64,000 bases of DNA from NCBI GenBank assembly GCA_030698385.1, contig JAUYLZ010000022.1:1-64000 (forward strand), read 5' to 3'. The stretch comes from a bacterium (lineage in GTDB: Bacteria > Patescibacteriota > Patescibacteriia > Patescibacteriales > XYC2-FULL-47-12). Below, piece by piece: positions 19,449 to 28,606 of this stretch. The notes beneath the pieces are model-generated. The model made no database searches, was not told the origin of the DNA, and saw nothing but the letters and a program-made list of their open reading frames with translations. The translations under genes were made by a program, and so were the position numbers. The first letter of the stretch is position 1. Every line of letters begins with the position of its first letter.

Positions 19449-19672
19449 AAAAAATCCGCCAATGACTTTGCCTTAATAAAATTTCCTCTTTTATATTCTT
19501 TTCTAGCTTGTTCAATGTCTTTTACTAATTCGTCTTCAGTAATTATATCGTCATGAGTATTAATCAACCTGCGAATATACTGACTGACATTGTCAAAGCC
19601 ATAGCGTTTACTCTGCTCTTTCACCATTTTAATTGTTTTGTCGTCTAACGACAGACTTAAAACACTGCGCAT
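19445..19672 (-). CDS. Ribbon-helix-helix antitoxin partnering the RelE-like toxin
   Basis: N-terminal SLSLDDKTIKMVKEQSKRYG beta-strand/helix pattern of RHH (CopG) proteins. ATGA overlap with the toxin. Confidence 0.6.
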   Translation of the reverse strand: MRSVLSLSLDDKTIKMVKEQSKRYGFDNVSQYIRRLINTHDDIITEDELVKDIEQARKEYKRGNFIKAKSLADFL

Positions 19673-19750
19673 ATTTTTTAAAATAATTTTATAATACTCA
19701 TATTGTATGACAAATGTATTACAGTGTCAAACGCCAATTGGCATTTTTTG

Positions 19751-20503
19751 TTATTGCTCCAAAAAATTTAATATATTACTGCTAACATTTGCCGGCAAAA
19801 CATTAGTGTTAATTTCATTCATCAATTGATTTCTACTGCCTGTTAATTCAACTACCCATTCATTATTGTTTAAATTGGCAACGGTGTAGCTCCCATCATC
19901 AAGGACTTTCATCTGCGTAACAACATCATCTTTGTTCACACTTCTGATATTTAATATCCTATGTGGTACGCCATTTTCCTCAGTTCGACTTAATATAAAT
20001 TGAGCATCGTTTTCAATATTGCGCCTGATATATAACTCTCTTGATTCTACAATACCTATATCTTTCGTTACTGTATTAATATTTCGCAGCTGAAAATTCA
20101 CCAAATCAGGATTAATTGTTAATAGAATAGTATAGGAAAGCAGAACTAAAATCAAGCCCGTCAAAGAGGCTTTTATCCACTCTTTAGCTGAAGACACCCG
20201 TTCCTGGCTCCCCCCGGCAGTCAGCCAGATTATCCCGCCAAACATTAAGACAATAGTCGCAACGATGCCGACTGAGCCAACTCCATACTGATAAATAGCT
20301 CTAACATACTTAGCAATGGTAGAATTATCCACTACTTGCTCTTGCCCCGCTTGAAAATCATTGCCAATGCCAACCGAGGGGGTAAATGTAACCTGCGCTC
20401 CGGCGCTGATCGGCGCGGCAACATAAACAAGCAGAGCCACCAGCTGAATGACAAAAACGGCCATGAAAAATATCAGAACAATTTTTGGTATCTGTTTAAT
20501 CAT
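19751..20503 (-). CDS. Membrane protein with N-terminal signal/TM and two further TM segments (pilin/TrbC-like topology, tentative)
   Basis: Hydrophobic N-terminus, AxA-like site (ISAGAQ), paired TM helices flanking a GG motif, then a ~120 aa C-terminal domain. Confidence 0.45.
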   Translation of the reverse strand: MIKQIPKIVLIFFMAVFVIQLVALLVYVAAPISAGAQVTFTPSVGIGNDFQAGQEQVVDNSTIAKYVRAIYQYGVGSVGIVATIVLMFGGIIWLTAGGSQERVSSAKEWIKASLTGLILVLLSYTILLTINPDLVNFQLRNINTVTKDIGIVESRELYIRRNIENDAQFILSRTEENGVPHRILNIRSVNKDDVVTQMKVLDDGSYTVANLNNNEWVVELTGSRNQLMNEINTNVLPANVSSNILNFLEQ

Positions 20504-20504
20504 C

Positions 20505-20882
20505 TTAAACTCTTTTGTAGCTGATTAAAAAAAACTCCAGCATCGTCAGCCCCAGCACTAAAAAAACCATGTTATACCAAGTCAACAGATCAATTGCTTG
20601 AAGAATTAGTAGCACTACCGCAAGTGACGCGAAGGAAAAAGATTGGCGAAAGGAAATCGCTACGTGGCGAAAAACCAGCTCTTGCCGCAGAGCGATGAAA
20701 CGAATAAAAAATCCGACAATCGCGCTCGTACCGACCAAGGATAAAAATAAACTGACAAAAAACAAAGCAAAACCGATTCTGTTGGTCTCATTCGGATTTA
20801 CACTAGTAATAACTACGGCAAAAGCCGACCAGCAAATAGCGGTCGCCAAAATCATCATTGCTAAATATGTCTTCAAAGTCAT
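20505..20882 (-). CDS. Four-TM small membrane protein, hypothetical
   Basis: Four hydrophobic helices; stop/start adjacent to the upstream gene. Confidence 0.45.
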   Translation of the reverse strand: MTLKTYLAMMILATAICWSAFAVVITSVNPNETNRIGFALFFVSLFLSLVGTSAIVGFFIRFIALRQELVFRHVAISFRQSFSFASLAVVLLILQAIDLLTWYNMVFLVLGLTMLEFFLISYKRV

Positions 20883-21000
20883 GTTTAAATTTTAAATTTA
20901 ATAAATATTTAGACAAAAAATTACTAACTATAAACACATCTACATTCTAACAAAATTTGCACTTTTCGACAAGAAATACGATATAATTTCAATAGTTTTT

Positions 21001-21297
21001 TTATGATAAATATTTTAATTTGCTTATTTTTTGACCAGAAACATACTTATTTAATTCCGCGATTATATCATTTTCGCGGTACTTCAACTCCTGCATTACC
21101 AATGATGACTTGCATTCAATTGCCAAAATATTGTTGCTTACATACTTGGCCTCAACATCTTGGGCTAACTCTGCGCCGATCAAAGCCGGCGCTTTTTCAT
21201 TAAAAAATTCCACAAGATGCGTTGCGTCAATTTGCCGGCCGATGCCGGCTCGCTGTACGGATTTATTTAGTAATGATTTTATTGTGTGGAAAGCCAT
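21001..21297 (-). CDS. DUF721/DciA-like small nucleic-acid-binding protein (tentative)
   Basis: ~100 aa protein immediately downstream of the helicase-nuclease; its size and a Lys/Arg pattern resemble DUF721 proteins. Confidence 0.35.
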   Translation of the reverse strand: MAFHTIKSLLNKSVQRAGIGRQIDATHLVEFFNEKAPALIGAELAQDVEAKYVSNNILAIECKSSLVMQELKYRENDIIAELNKYVSGQKISKLKYLS

Positions 21298-21305
21298 AAT
21301 ATCTA

Positions 21306-24300
21306 TTATAATTGCCGGAATTCACAAATATCACGAAAGTCGCAAAATTTGCAGAGCTGAGAAGGCTTGGCCGGAAACTCGTTATTTTTTATCGCCGCTT
21401 CAATATTTTTAATCCGGCTGATGATTTTTTCCTTCATATCTATAATTTCATCCGGCGTACCCAAAAAATTTATTTCCGAATTATCATCAAGATAATAAAA
21501 CTGCAAATTTCCTACTTTTCTTTTCATCACTTCCTGCGCGGCCATTTGATAAATCAGGAGCTGTTCTTTGTCTTCGGCGGTAACTTTTCCCGCTTGCTTG
21601 GGCCGGCCGGTTTTGTAATCAACAATATTTATTTCGTCTTTGTCTCCCGCGTCAATTCGATCAACTTTTCCGTACATCGTGTACTCTCCGAGTCTTAGCC
21701 GAAAGCCCTTCTCCAGCAACTCCACTTGCGGCCAGCTGTCTGCGTGTTTGGCATAAAAGTCTTTTAAAATCTGCCTGCCTTTTTTTTGATATTTTATTTT
21801 TTGCTGTTCATCTTCATACCAGTCATCAATCCAATACTCATCGTATAAAGCCAGCAATTCTTTTAAGTTTACTAAATTATTTTTATCTGCTTCGTCTTTC
21901 TTTTTAGATTCAAATAAACTTACTTGCTGTTTTTGGCCGCGCGTAAGCATCAGAGTAAAAAACTGCTGCAGGGTCAAATGCATGGTCTGGCCGAAACTAA
22001 AGGGCGCTTTGCCCTGGCGCGGAATTTTTAGCACATGCGCGAAGCGATACTGATACGGACAATTTTTAAAGGCTTGCAGCTGGGTGAATGAATAAAAAGC
22101 GGGCAATGAATATTGATGCTTAGCAATGGCTTTAGCGGGTTGCTTGGTCAACTCTTTAAACTTTACAGCATTGACTGACAGCGCTTGCTCTTTTATATTA
22201 TCATCAATTAATTCAGCCTCAATTAAAAATCGTGATGGCTTCTTCTTTCTCGCGCCGCCATAATCCGGCGCCCAAGAAAAATAAAGTCCTTTTTTCGCGC
22301 GCGTCATCGCGACATAAAATAAACGCCGCTCTTCTTCCAGATGCGTATCGCCTTGGGGCAAAATTTCTTTGACCAGCGCGTCCGGCAGCGCGATTGGATC
22401 ATGGCGTTCGGTGGTCGGAAAGCGCAGATCAACCATATTAACGATAAAAACATATTTAAACTCAAGTCCTTTGGCACCGTGCACGGTCATAATTTTTATC
22501 ATCTCAGGCCCTGCCTCCGGATCAGTGGCAATGGCGCCATCATTGCCTGACTCCATTTCCAGCTCAATTTCTGCTAAAAAGTTTTTTATGCTTGCTCCGC
22601 CGCTACTAGCGAGTGGGTTATCATTCTCAAACTCCTTTACGCGCTTCATAAAAGCGTTTAATAGTCTGGCGGCATCACGCGCGTCTTGTTCGGGCAGTTT
22701 GCTGACATATTGAAGATACCCACTCTCATTCATAAAGGAAAAAATAATTTCGCTCGCTTTTTTGGTTTTAACCAGAGCGCTTTGCCTTTGGACTATTTCA
22801 ATTAATGATTTTACCTTTTGTCCCACGCCTTTGCCAAAATTCGCGGCAAATTTAGTCGCCTGCCATAATGACCAGGCTTTTTTCTTGGCGCCGTTGAGCA
22901 ATTCCATTATCTCTTCGTGGTCTAAACTAAAAATAGGAATATTCAGCACACGATACATGGCATTGGCTTCATGATAATTATCAAGCAATTTTAAATAGCT
23001 GATAATATCCATAATCACCGGCTGAGAATAAAGACCCTGCGCTGATAAAAAAACATAAGGCAGCCGCGCGATGTCCAGCGCGTTGGTAAATTCTTTGGCG
23101 GAACTATTGGCGCGGACCAAAATCGCAAAGTCGTTCCACGTGCAGTCTTTATCTTTTACTTTTAATTCAGCGATTTTCTCCACCACTTTGTTTACTTCAT
23201 CTTGCAGGTCGTTGCCTTGAATCATTTCAATTGTTCCCGCTTCTTTGTTTTGAGAAATTAATCTTTTGTCAATTGGGTTAGTTATGCGCTGTGCGTTATG
23301 CGCTGCGCGAAGCTGTACCTCTAACCTATTGGGATTGTTCAGCTGGATAAACTCATAAGCAGTATCCAAAATGCTCTGCGCGCTGCGATAATTGTCGGTC
23401 AAAACTACTTCTTGGGAATTTTTATAATCTTTTTTGAACTGTAAGATATTGCTCATAGAAGTTCCCCTGAACCGAAAAATACTTTGATCATCGTCCCCTA
23501 CGACAGTTAAATTTTTTCCCTGTGGAGTCAGCAACTTTACTAACTCATACTGCGCCCAATTCGTGTCCTGAAACTCATCAACTAAAATATATTTAAACTT
23601 TTCCTGAAATTTTTGTAAAACCGCCAGTCGCTCTTTAAAAAGTTTCAGCGTATAATTAATCAAGTCGCCAAAATCAAGCATATTATTATCTAATAATAAT
23701 TGCTGGTAAACATGATAAGCGTTCGCCACCTCATTAATTCGACTAACTTCTTGCTCCAGCACTTCATGGGTTATTTTTCCGTCTAAGTCCAAAACTCCTT
23801 TCAGACGTCCGCGAATTTTATCGGTGGAAGTTTTGCCATCAAGGTTTTGCCGTAGCTCTTCAGCGTATTCCAAATATTCTTTCGCGGTTATGACTTCATC
23901 TTTGGCGCGGGAAAAGTGTTTGAGCATTGCGGAGATAAATTTCGTCGGGTTGCCCAGCGGCCGGTAGTAATCCAGCTCAAACTTGTCTAAATTTTTTTTA
24001 ATCAATGCCCACTGGCCGAATTCGTTCAATAATTTAAAATTAGTCGGCAGGCCAATGTCAAATCCATGTTGCTGTAAAATTTTTTCACAAAAACCATGAA
24101 AAGTCATAATCCACAAATCCACATAGCCATAAGGCAGAAGTTTGTCCGCGCGTTCAGCCATTTCACCGGCCGCTTTTTCGGTAAAAGTCAGCGCCAAAAT
24201 TTCGTCCGGTTTGGCCAATTCTTGCTCAATCAGCCAGCCGATTTTTTGGGTAATCACAGTCGTTTTGCCCGTGCCCGCGCCGGCAATAATGAGCAGAGGA

Positions 24301-24368
24301 CTGCCCGTGTGTTCAACGGCTTTTTTTTGGTTTTTGTTGAGGTTATACATATATACAGTAGTATACAA
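21306..24368 (-). CDS. UvrD/PcrA-family superfamily 1 helicase fused to a C-terminal RecB/Cas4-like PD-(D/E)xK nuclease with an Fe-S cysteine cluster
   Basis: Helicase motif I GSPLLIIAGAGTGKTTV plus further UvrD motifs. C-terminal nuclease core INIVDYKTGR with Cys in KNCPYQY and CKFCDFRDIC. Confidence 0.85.
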   Translation of the reverse strand: MYTTVYMYNLNKNQKKAVEHTGSPLLIIAGAGTGKTTVITQKIGWLIEQELAKPDEILALTFTEKAAGEMAERADKLLPYGYVDLWIMTFHGFCEKILQQHGFDIGLPTNFKLLNEFGQWALIKKNLDKFELDYYRPLGNPTKFISAMLKHFSRAKDEVITAKEYLEYAEELRQNLDGKTSTDKIRGRLKGVLDLDGKITHEVLEQEVSRINEVANAYHVYQQLLLDNNMLDFGDLINYTLKLFKERLAVLQKFQEKFKYILVDEFQDTNWAQYELVKLLTPQGKNLTVVGDDDQSIFRFRGTSMSNILQFKKDYKNSQEVVLTDNYRSAQSILDTAYEFIQLNNPNRLEVQLRAAHNAQRITNPIDKRLISQNKEAGTIEMIQGNDLQDEVNKVVEKIAELKVKDKDCTWNDFAILVRANSSAKEFTNALDIARLPYVFLSAQGLYSQPVIMDIISYLKLLDNYHEANAMYRVLNIPIFSLDHEEIMELLNGAKKKAWSLWQATKFAANFGKGVGQKVKSLIEIVQRQSALVKTKKASEIIFSFMNESGYLQYVSKLPEQDARDAARLLNAFMKRVKEFENDNPLASSGGASIKNFLAEIELEMESGNDGAIATDPEAGPEMIKIMTVHGAKGLEFKYVFIVNMVDLRFPTTERHDPIALPDALVKEILPQGDTHLEEERRLFYVAMTRAKKGLYFSWAPDYGGARKKKPSRFLIEAELIDDNIKEQALSVNAVKFKELTKQPAKAIAKHQYSLPAFYSFTQLQAFKNCPYQYRFAHVLKIPRQGKAPFSFGQTMHLTLQQFFTLMLTRGQKQQVSLFESKKKDEADKNNLVNLKELLALYDEYWIDDWYEDEQQKIKYQKKGRQILKDFYAKHADSWPQVELLEKGFRLRLGEYTMYGKVDRIDAGDKDEINIVDYKTGRPKQAGKVTAEDKEQLLIYQMAAQEVMKRKVGNLQFYYLDDNSEINFLGTPDEIIDMKEKIISRIKNIEAAIKNNEFPAKPSQLCKFCDFRDICEFRQL

Positions 24369-24474
24369 TAATTGAGCATAAAAAAAAGCCCGCTCGTTTT
24401 TGATGCCGGCAAAGTTTGATCAACAAGACCCCTTGTGATACGATATAAACGTAATAACTTATCAATAATATACT

Positions 24475-24681
24475 ATGGTTTCTCTTAACATTGCGGTTAA
24501 AACATCAACAAAATCCGCTAAAAAATTAATAATAGAATTAGACGTGAATAAATTTGAAAGAATTGCCGCGAGTTTTGGTTTATTTCGCGATGACTTTATA
24601 GACAGTATTCAGCGGGCGGAGCAAGACTACCGGGCAAGACGATTCAAAAAAATAGCATCGCTTAAAGATTTACGTAACTAA
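24475..24681 (+). CDS. Putative antitoxin, paralogous to the 19445-19672 RHH antitoxin
   Basis: C-terminus AEQDYRARRFKKIASLKDL aligns with IEQARKEYKRGNFIKAKSLADFL of the intact locus; a RelE-like remnant lies directly downstream. Confidence 0.45.
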   Translation: MVSLNIAVKTSTKSAKKLIIELDVNKFERIAASFGLFRDDFIDSIQRAEQDYRARRFKKIASLKDLRN

Positions 24682-24687
24682 ATAAGC

Positions 24688-24889
24688 ATGATAACAATTA
24701 TCGTTACTGATGAGTTTAGAAAACGCTATCAACGGTTGCCGGCGCCAATTAAAAAGAAAGCTGAAAAGCAAGAACAATTGTTCCGCCACAATCCATTTCA
24801 CCCGCATTATCTTTCGCTTTATTGACGGCGAAACGGCGCTGTTGCTGACTGTTGGAGAACATAGCTGGATTTATAACCTAAAATTCTAG
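24688..24889 (+). pseudogene. Frameshifted/truncated RelE/ParE-family toxin remnant
   Basis: One frame gives MITIIVTDEFRKRYQRLPAPIKKKAEKQEQLFRHNPFHPHYLSLY-stop. A second frame continues DGETALLLTVGEHSWIYNLKF, matching the C-terminal half of the intact toxin at 19179-19448. The central segment is missing. Confidence 0.6.
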
Positions 24890-24893
24890 ATGT

Positions 24894-24928
24894 AAAAAAA
24901 CCCCTACGAACATCCTGTTGCGTAGGGG
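24894..24928 (-). terminator. Intrinsic terminator downstream of 24946-25824
   Basis: Minus strand: CCCCTACG-caacaggatgtt-CGTAGGGG followed by TTTTTTT. Confidence 0.65.
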
Positions 24929-24945
24929 GTTTAATGAACACAATA

Positions 24946-25824
24946 TTATTTAATTGGTGATTTGGCTTCCGCCTCATCCACCATTCCTTGCAGATCATTT
25001 CTGATCTGCAAAATCCTCTCGTTAGAGATAAAACGAGCCGCCAATTGACCGGCGGCAATAAATTTTTTCATCATATGCCATTGTTTTGGACAATAGCAAG
25101 GCGAAACGCCTGCTATATCCAAAACACCTCTAACCTTTGATAACGGCCCGCCGACTTTGGCAACGCCGTTAAAAATAGTCATGATGAAAGCCATGATGAA
25201 AGCTCTGGATACAGAGCAAAATTTTTCTTCATCCGCAAAGTTACGTCGGATGAAAAGAGACTGCACCATATCCTCAACGGCCTTAGCCGCCTTGAACGCG
25301 GCCTCCGGGCCACCAGAGGAAAACATCCGGTCAATTTGCCCAGATTCGTATCCGAGCTTGACCAGCTGCCGACGCATGCTGTCAGCAAATTTTTGCTTTT
25401 CCGCCTTTCTTTCGGGACTGTCATAATCCCATTTTTTTCCCTCACGATCATTTTCATCTTTATAAAGATAAAAACAATATGTGGGACACTTAGGACTATT
25501 GTCCCGCCAATAAATACATTCAATGATTATTTCCGACTTGCGGTCGGAGATGAGTTCATTGAATTTCAATCCGGTTACCTCCTCAAATTCTGCAACCGGA
25601 AAATAAAACTCTTCTGGAGATGGGAATTCATTACTCCAGGTACTTTTTTCTTCCCACCTTCCCGCCCGATACACGGACTGGAAAATTTTCCATGCATCTG
25701 GCTTGTTTACCGAATCAAATGGTTCAATAGTGGCTACTACTCCGCCACCATAAAAATTTCCTAATTTGTCAACTGCTTTTTTTGTTATTTTCATGAGTTT
25801 TTTGCCAGTGATTCTTCGGCTCAC
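24946..25824 (-). CDS. Hypothetical 292 aa protein with paired Cys motifs (KCPTYC, SPCYCP)
   Basis: Long clean ORF with terminator hairpin 24894-24928 downstream; no recognisable domain. A structured GC palindrome-rich leader lies upstream. Confidence 0.55.
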   Translation of the reverse strand: MSRRITGKKLMKITKKAVDKLGNFYGGGVVATIEPFDSVNKPDAWKIFQSVYRAGRWEEKSTWSNEFPSPEEFYFPVAEFEEVTGLKFNELISDRKSEIIIECIYWRDNSPKCPTYCFYLYKDENDREGKKWDYDSPERKAEKQKFADSMRRQLVKLGYESGQIDRMFSSGGPEAAFKAAKAVEDMVQSLFIRRNFADEEKFCSVSRAFIMAFIMTIFNGVAKVGGPLSKVRGVLDIAGVSPCYCPKQWHMMKKFIAAGQLAARFISNERILQIRNDLQGMVDEAEAKSPIK

Positions 25825-26108
25825 TGACCAGCCGATGGAGTTTAAGCGCTAAAGCGCTTGATAGCCGCTTCAGAGATGATAATGACTCCAAAGCAGCTTC
25901 CAGACGGTTTTAACAGTAAAACCACCTCAAAGCTGCTCGGGAATGCATGTTTTTAAAGAGCTTATTATATCATACTTTCAAAATAATGTCAATCAAGAGT
26001 GCTTGGAATAACAAAAATATAGCTAAAATTAGCTATAAAATGATACAAAAAAGTTCAAATTTGGCAAAAGAATAAAACTAACTTTTTGAAAGAAAAAAAA
26101 CAAAAAAA

Positions 26109-26137
26109 TTTGACAAAAATAAATATATCTATTAAGA
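26109..26137 (+). promoter_or_regulatory. Sigma70-like promoter (TTGACA-17-TAAGAT) for the NfeD-flotillin operon
   Basis: TTGACA at 26109-26114, 17 nt spacer, TAAGAT at 26132-26137; ~70 nt upstream of the 26211 start. Confidence 0.35.
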
Positions 26138-26210
26138 TGTGTTGATTTAGCAAAAATGCTAAATAACGCACATTACACAATTTTTTTTAAAATAAAGGAG
26201 GTGAAAGGAA

Positions 26211-26738
26211 ATGATAATTACCTTTCTGTCAATTGCTTTAGGCGGTTTCGTGGTTTTGATGTTCACTTTGGCCTTTGGCGGCGACCATGATGTCGACCAC
26301 GACTTTGATCATGATTTTGATTCTGACGGAGATCACGGCAGCATTGGCGCCCATTGGTTTAGCGTGAAGGTGCTGTCTGCTTTTGCGACGGCGTTCGGCG
26401 CGACCGGGGTCATCACCTGCGTCTATAACTTTTCCGATTTTTGGAAGCTGGTTATCTCTACCGGAGTCGGCATTGTTATCGCCGCTATTGTTGACGCGGC
26501 CGTATCAATGCTCTACAAACAGCAGACGACCACCATCATTCGGACAAACGAATGTGTGGGAAAAACCGGAACGGTAACGCTGGGGATTTTAGCTAACGGC
26601 ACCGGCGAGGTCAGAATAGAGCTGGAAGGAATGGCCATTAACAAACCGGCTCGCAGCCAAAGCGGCGAGGAAATAAAACAGGGAGAGGAGGTTGAAGTTT
26701 TGTCAGGAGGCTCACCGCTGATAGTAAAAAAATCCTAA
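26211..26738 (+). CDS. NfeD-family membrane protein (flotillin partner)
   Basis: N-terminal TM helices, an Asp/His-rich loop (GGDHDVDHDFDHDFDSDGDHGS), and a C-terminal OB-fold-like soluble domain. Sits immediately upstream of an SPFH/flotillin gene. Confidence 0.7.
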   Translation: MIITFLSIALGGFVVLMFTLAFGGDHDVDHDFDHDFDSDGDHGSIGAHWFSVKVLSAFATAFGATGVITCVYNFSDFWKLVISTGVGIVIAAIVDAAVSMLYKQQTTTIIRTNECVGKTGTVTLGILANGTGEVRIELEGMAINKPARSQSGEEIKQGEEVEVLSGGSPLIVKKS

Positions 26739-26794
26739 TAACAATATTAGGTAAACTCAAAAAACGGAAAAATATCTGAAAAAGGAGAACAAAC

Positions 26795-28606
26795 ATGTTA
26801 GAGTGGTTTAGTTTAGGTAATGTAATAGTGCCAATAATGGTACTATTGATAATTATTTCTTTCTTCGCGGTCATGCGCATTATGGCGCGCAATTATCTAA
26901 AGGTGCCGCCCAACCAGTTGGCAGTAATTTTTGGCCGCAAGTACAAGTACCGAGCCAGCGACGGCTCAACGCAAACGCGCGGCTTTCGTCTAGTCAGCGG
27001 CGGCGCGGCATTCATCATCCCACTACTTGAACATCACAAGGTAATGTCGCTGGACGCGTTCCAAATTGAAACCATCATCAAGAGCGCTCCCTCATCTCAA
27101 GGAGTAAGGGTGACTGTGTCGGCTGTTTCTTCTTTAAAAATCGGCAAGGAAGAAACCATGCTGGAGGCCGCCGCCAGTCGTTTCCTTGATCAAGGACCGC
27201 AACAGATAGAGGAGTTCTGCAAAAGCATTGTAGCTGGCGGACTGCGCGGCGTGGTCGCTACCATGACCGTTGAAGAGTTGGTCAAAGAACGGACCAAATT
27301 CGGCAACAAAGTTCAGGAAGACGTGGCCGGCGAACTGCAAAAAATCGGCCTGAATATTGATAACTTCATTATTCAGGAAATAAGCGATGATCAAGGTTAT
27401 ATTGACGCCTTGGGAAAAAAACAAACTGCGGGTGTAAAACGAGATGCCGCCATAGCTGAAGCGGAAGCGACACGCGACCAAAATATTAGTGTTGCTGAAG
27501 CCCTGCGTGAGTCTGACCAGAAGTCAAGCGAAGCAAGGCGAGCGGGAGAGAAGGCAAAGGCCGAGGCCGAACAGCAGATTTCTGATGTCAGCCAATTGCG
27601 GGATGTTACCATCGCGCAAAACACGGCTCTGGTGCAGGCTGAACAAACGAAAATTAAAATCGCCGCCGACATCGCCGCCGCGCAAAAAAATAAAGAGTTG
27701 CGCATCGCCCAAGTTGAGGCCGAGCAAGCTGAAGTAGAAGCTCGGACCAAGTTGCAGGAAAAAGAGCATGAAAGAAAAGACGCGGAACTGAAAGCCACGA
27801 TTGTGGTGCAGGCAGAACGCGAAAAAGAGGCCGCTATTACCACAGCCGATGGAGCAAAAGAAGCGGCGCGGCGAGTAGCGGAAGGCGAACGGATTAAAAT
27901 TGAACAAGCGGCTGAAGCCGGCAAAAAGAAATCAGAATTGGAGGGTGAGGGAGTAAAATTACGCCAAACAGCTGAAGCTGATGGTCGCAAAGCGGCCGCA
28001 ACCGCTCTCCAGGCAGAAAAAGAAGCCGAGGCCAAAGGTAACCAGGCAAAACTTGAAGCTGAAGCCGAAGGAACCAAGGCCAAACTTCTGGCCGAAGCTG
28101 AGGGCATTAAAGCCAAACTTACAGCCGAGGCCGAAGGTATTGAAAAGAAAGCCGAGGCCTATCAGAAGCTGGATCAGGCTGGCAAACTTTTACTCATACT
28201 TGAGCACTTGCCTAAAATTATTGAGTCTCTGGGTAAGGCGATTAAGGAGGCTGGCGAAGGCACCTTGGCTCCAATGGCGCAGGCAATAGGCACTGGCTTG
28301 GCCGGTGTTGAAGAAATACGCCTCACCGACTTCGGCGGTGCTTCCGGTAGAGATGGCATCGGCAGTGATGTTCTTTCTCGTTTTACCGGCACTATTCCTG
28401 ATGTGGTGTTTAATCTTCTGGCCAAAGCGCAAGCTATGGGTATGGGCGAAAAGGTTGCGGAAATCGGAAAACAATTCGGTTTTGATTTCAGCTCTCTGTT
28501 TGGAGGTAACGCTCAGTCCGTAAGTTTGGCAAGCAGCACGGAGCCAACCGCAAACGAACTGACCGCCGCCCCCGTAGAAGAAGAGGAGAAAATCAACAAT
28601 GAGTAG
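26795..28606 (+). CDS. Flotillin-like SPFH/band-7 protein with long Ala/Glu/Lys-rich coiled-coil
   Basis: N-terminal TM, SPFH core, then extended EA-repeat coiled coil (AEAEGIKAKLTAEAEGIEKKAEA). Confidence 0.85.
   Translation: MLEWFSLGNVIVPIMVLLIIISFFAVMRIMARNYLKVPPNQLAVIFGRKYKYRASDGSTQTRGFRLVSGGAAFIIPLLEHHKVMSLDAFQIETIIKSAPSSQGVRVTVSAVSSLKIGKEETMLEAAASRFLDQGPQQIEEFCKSIVAGGLRGVVATMTVEELVKERTKFGNKVQEDVAGELQKIGLNIDNFIIQEISDDQGYIDALGKKQTAGVKRDAAIAEAEATRDQNISVAEALRESDQKSSEARRAGEKAKAEAEQQISDVSQLRDVTIAQNTALVQAEQTKIKIAADIAAAQKNKELRIAQVEAEQAEVEARTKLQEKEHERKDAELKATIVVQAEREKEAAITTADGAKEAARRVAEGERIKIEQAAEAGKKKSELEGEGVKLRQTAEADGRKAAATALQAEKEAEAKGNQAKLEAEAEGTKAKLLAEAEGIKAKLTAEAEGIEKKAEAYQKLDQAGKLLLILEHLPKIIESLGKAIKEAGEGTLAPMAQAIGTGLAGVEEIRLTDFGGASGRDGIGSDVLSRFTGTIPDVVFNLLAKAQAMGMGEKVAEIGKQFGFDFSSLFGGNAQSVSLASSTEPTANELTAAPVEEEEKINNE

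Noticed and set aside
27397-28116. 239-codon Ala/Ser-rich ORF antisense to the flotillin gene
   Set aside because: It is the reverse complement of the GCU/GAA-rich coiled-coil repeats of flotillin, has low complexity and no start context. It is an antisense artefact of a compositionally biased gene.
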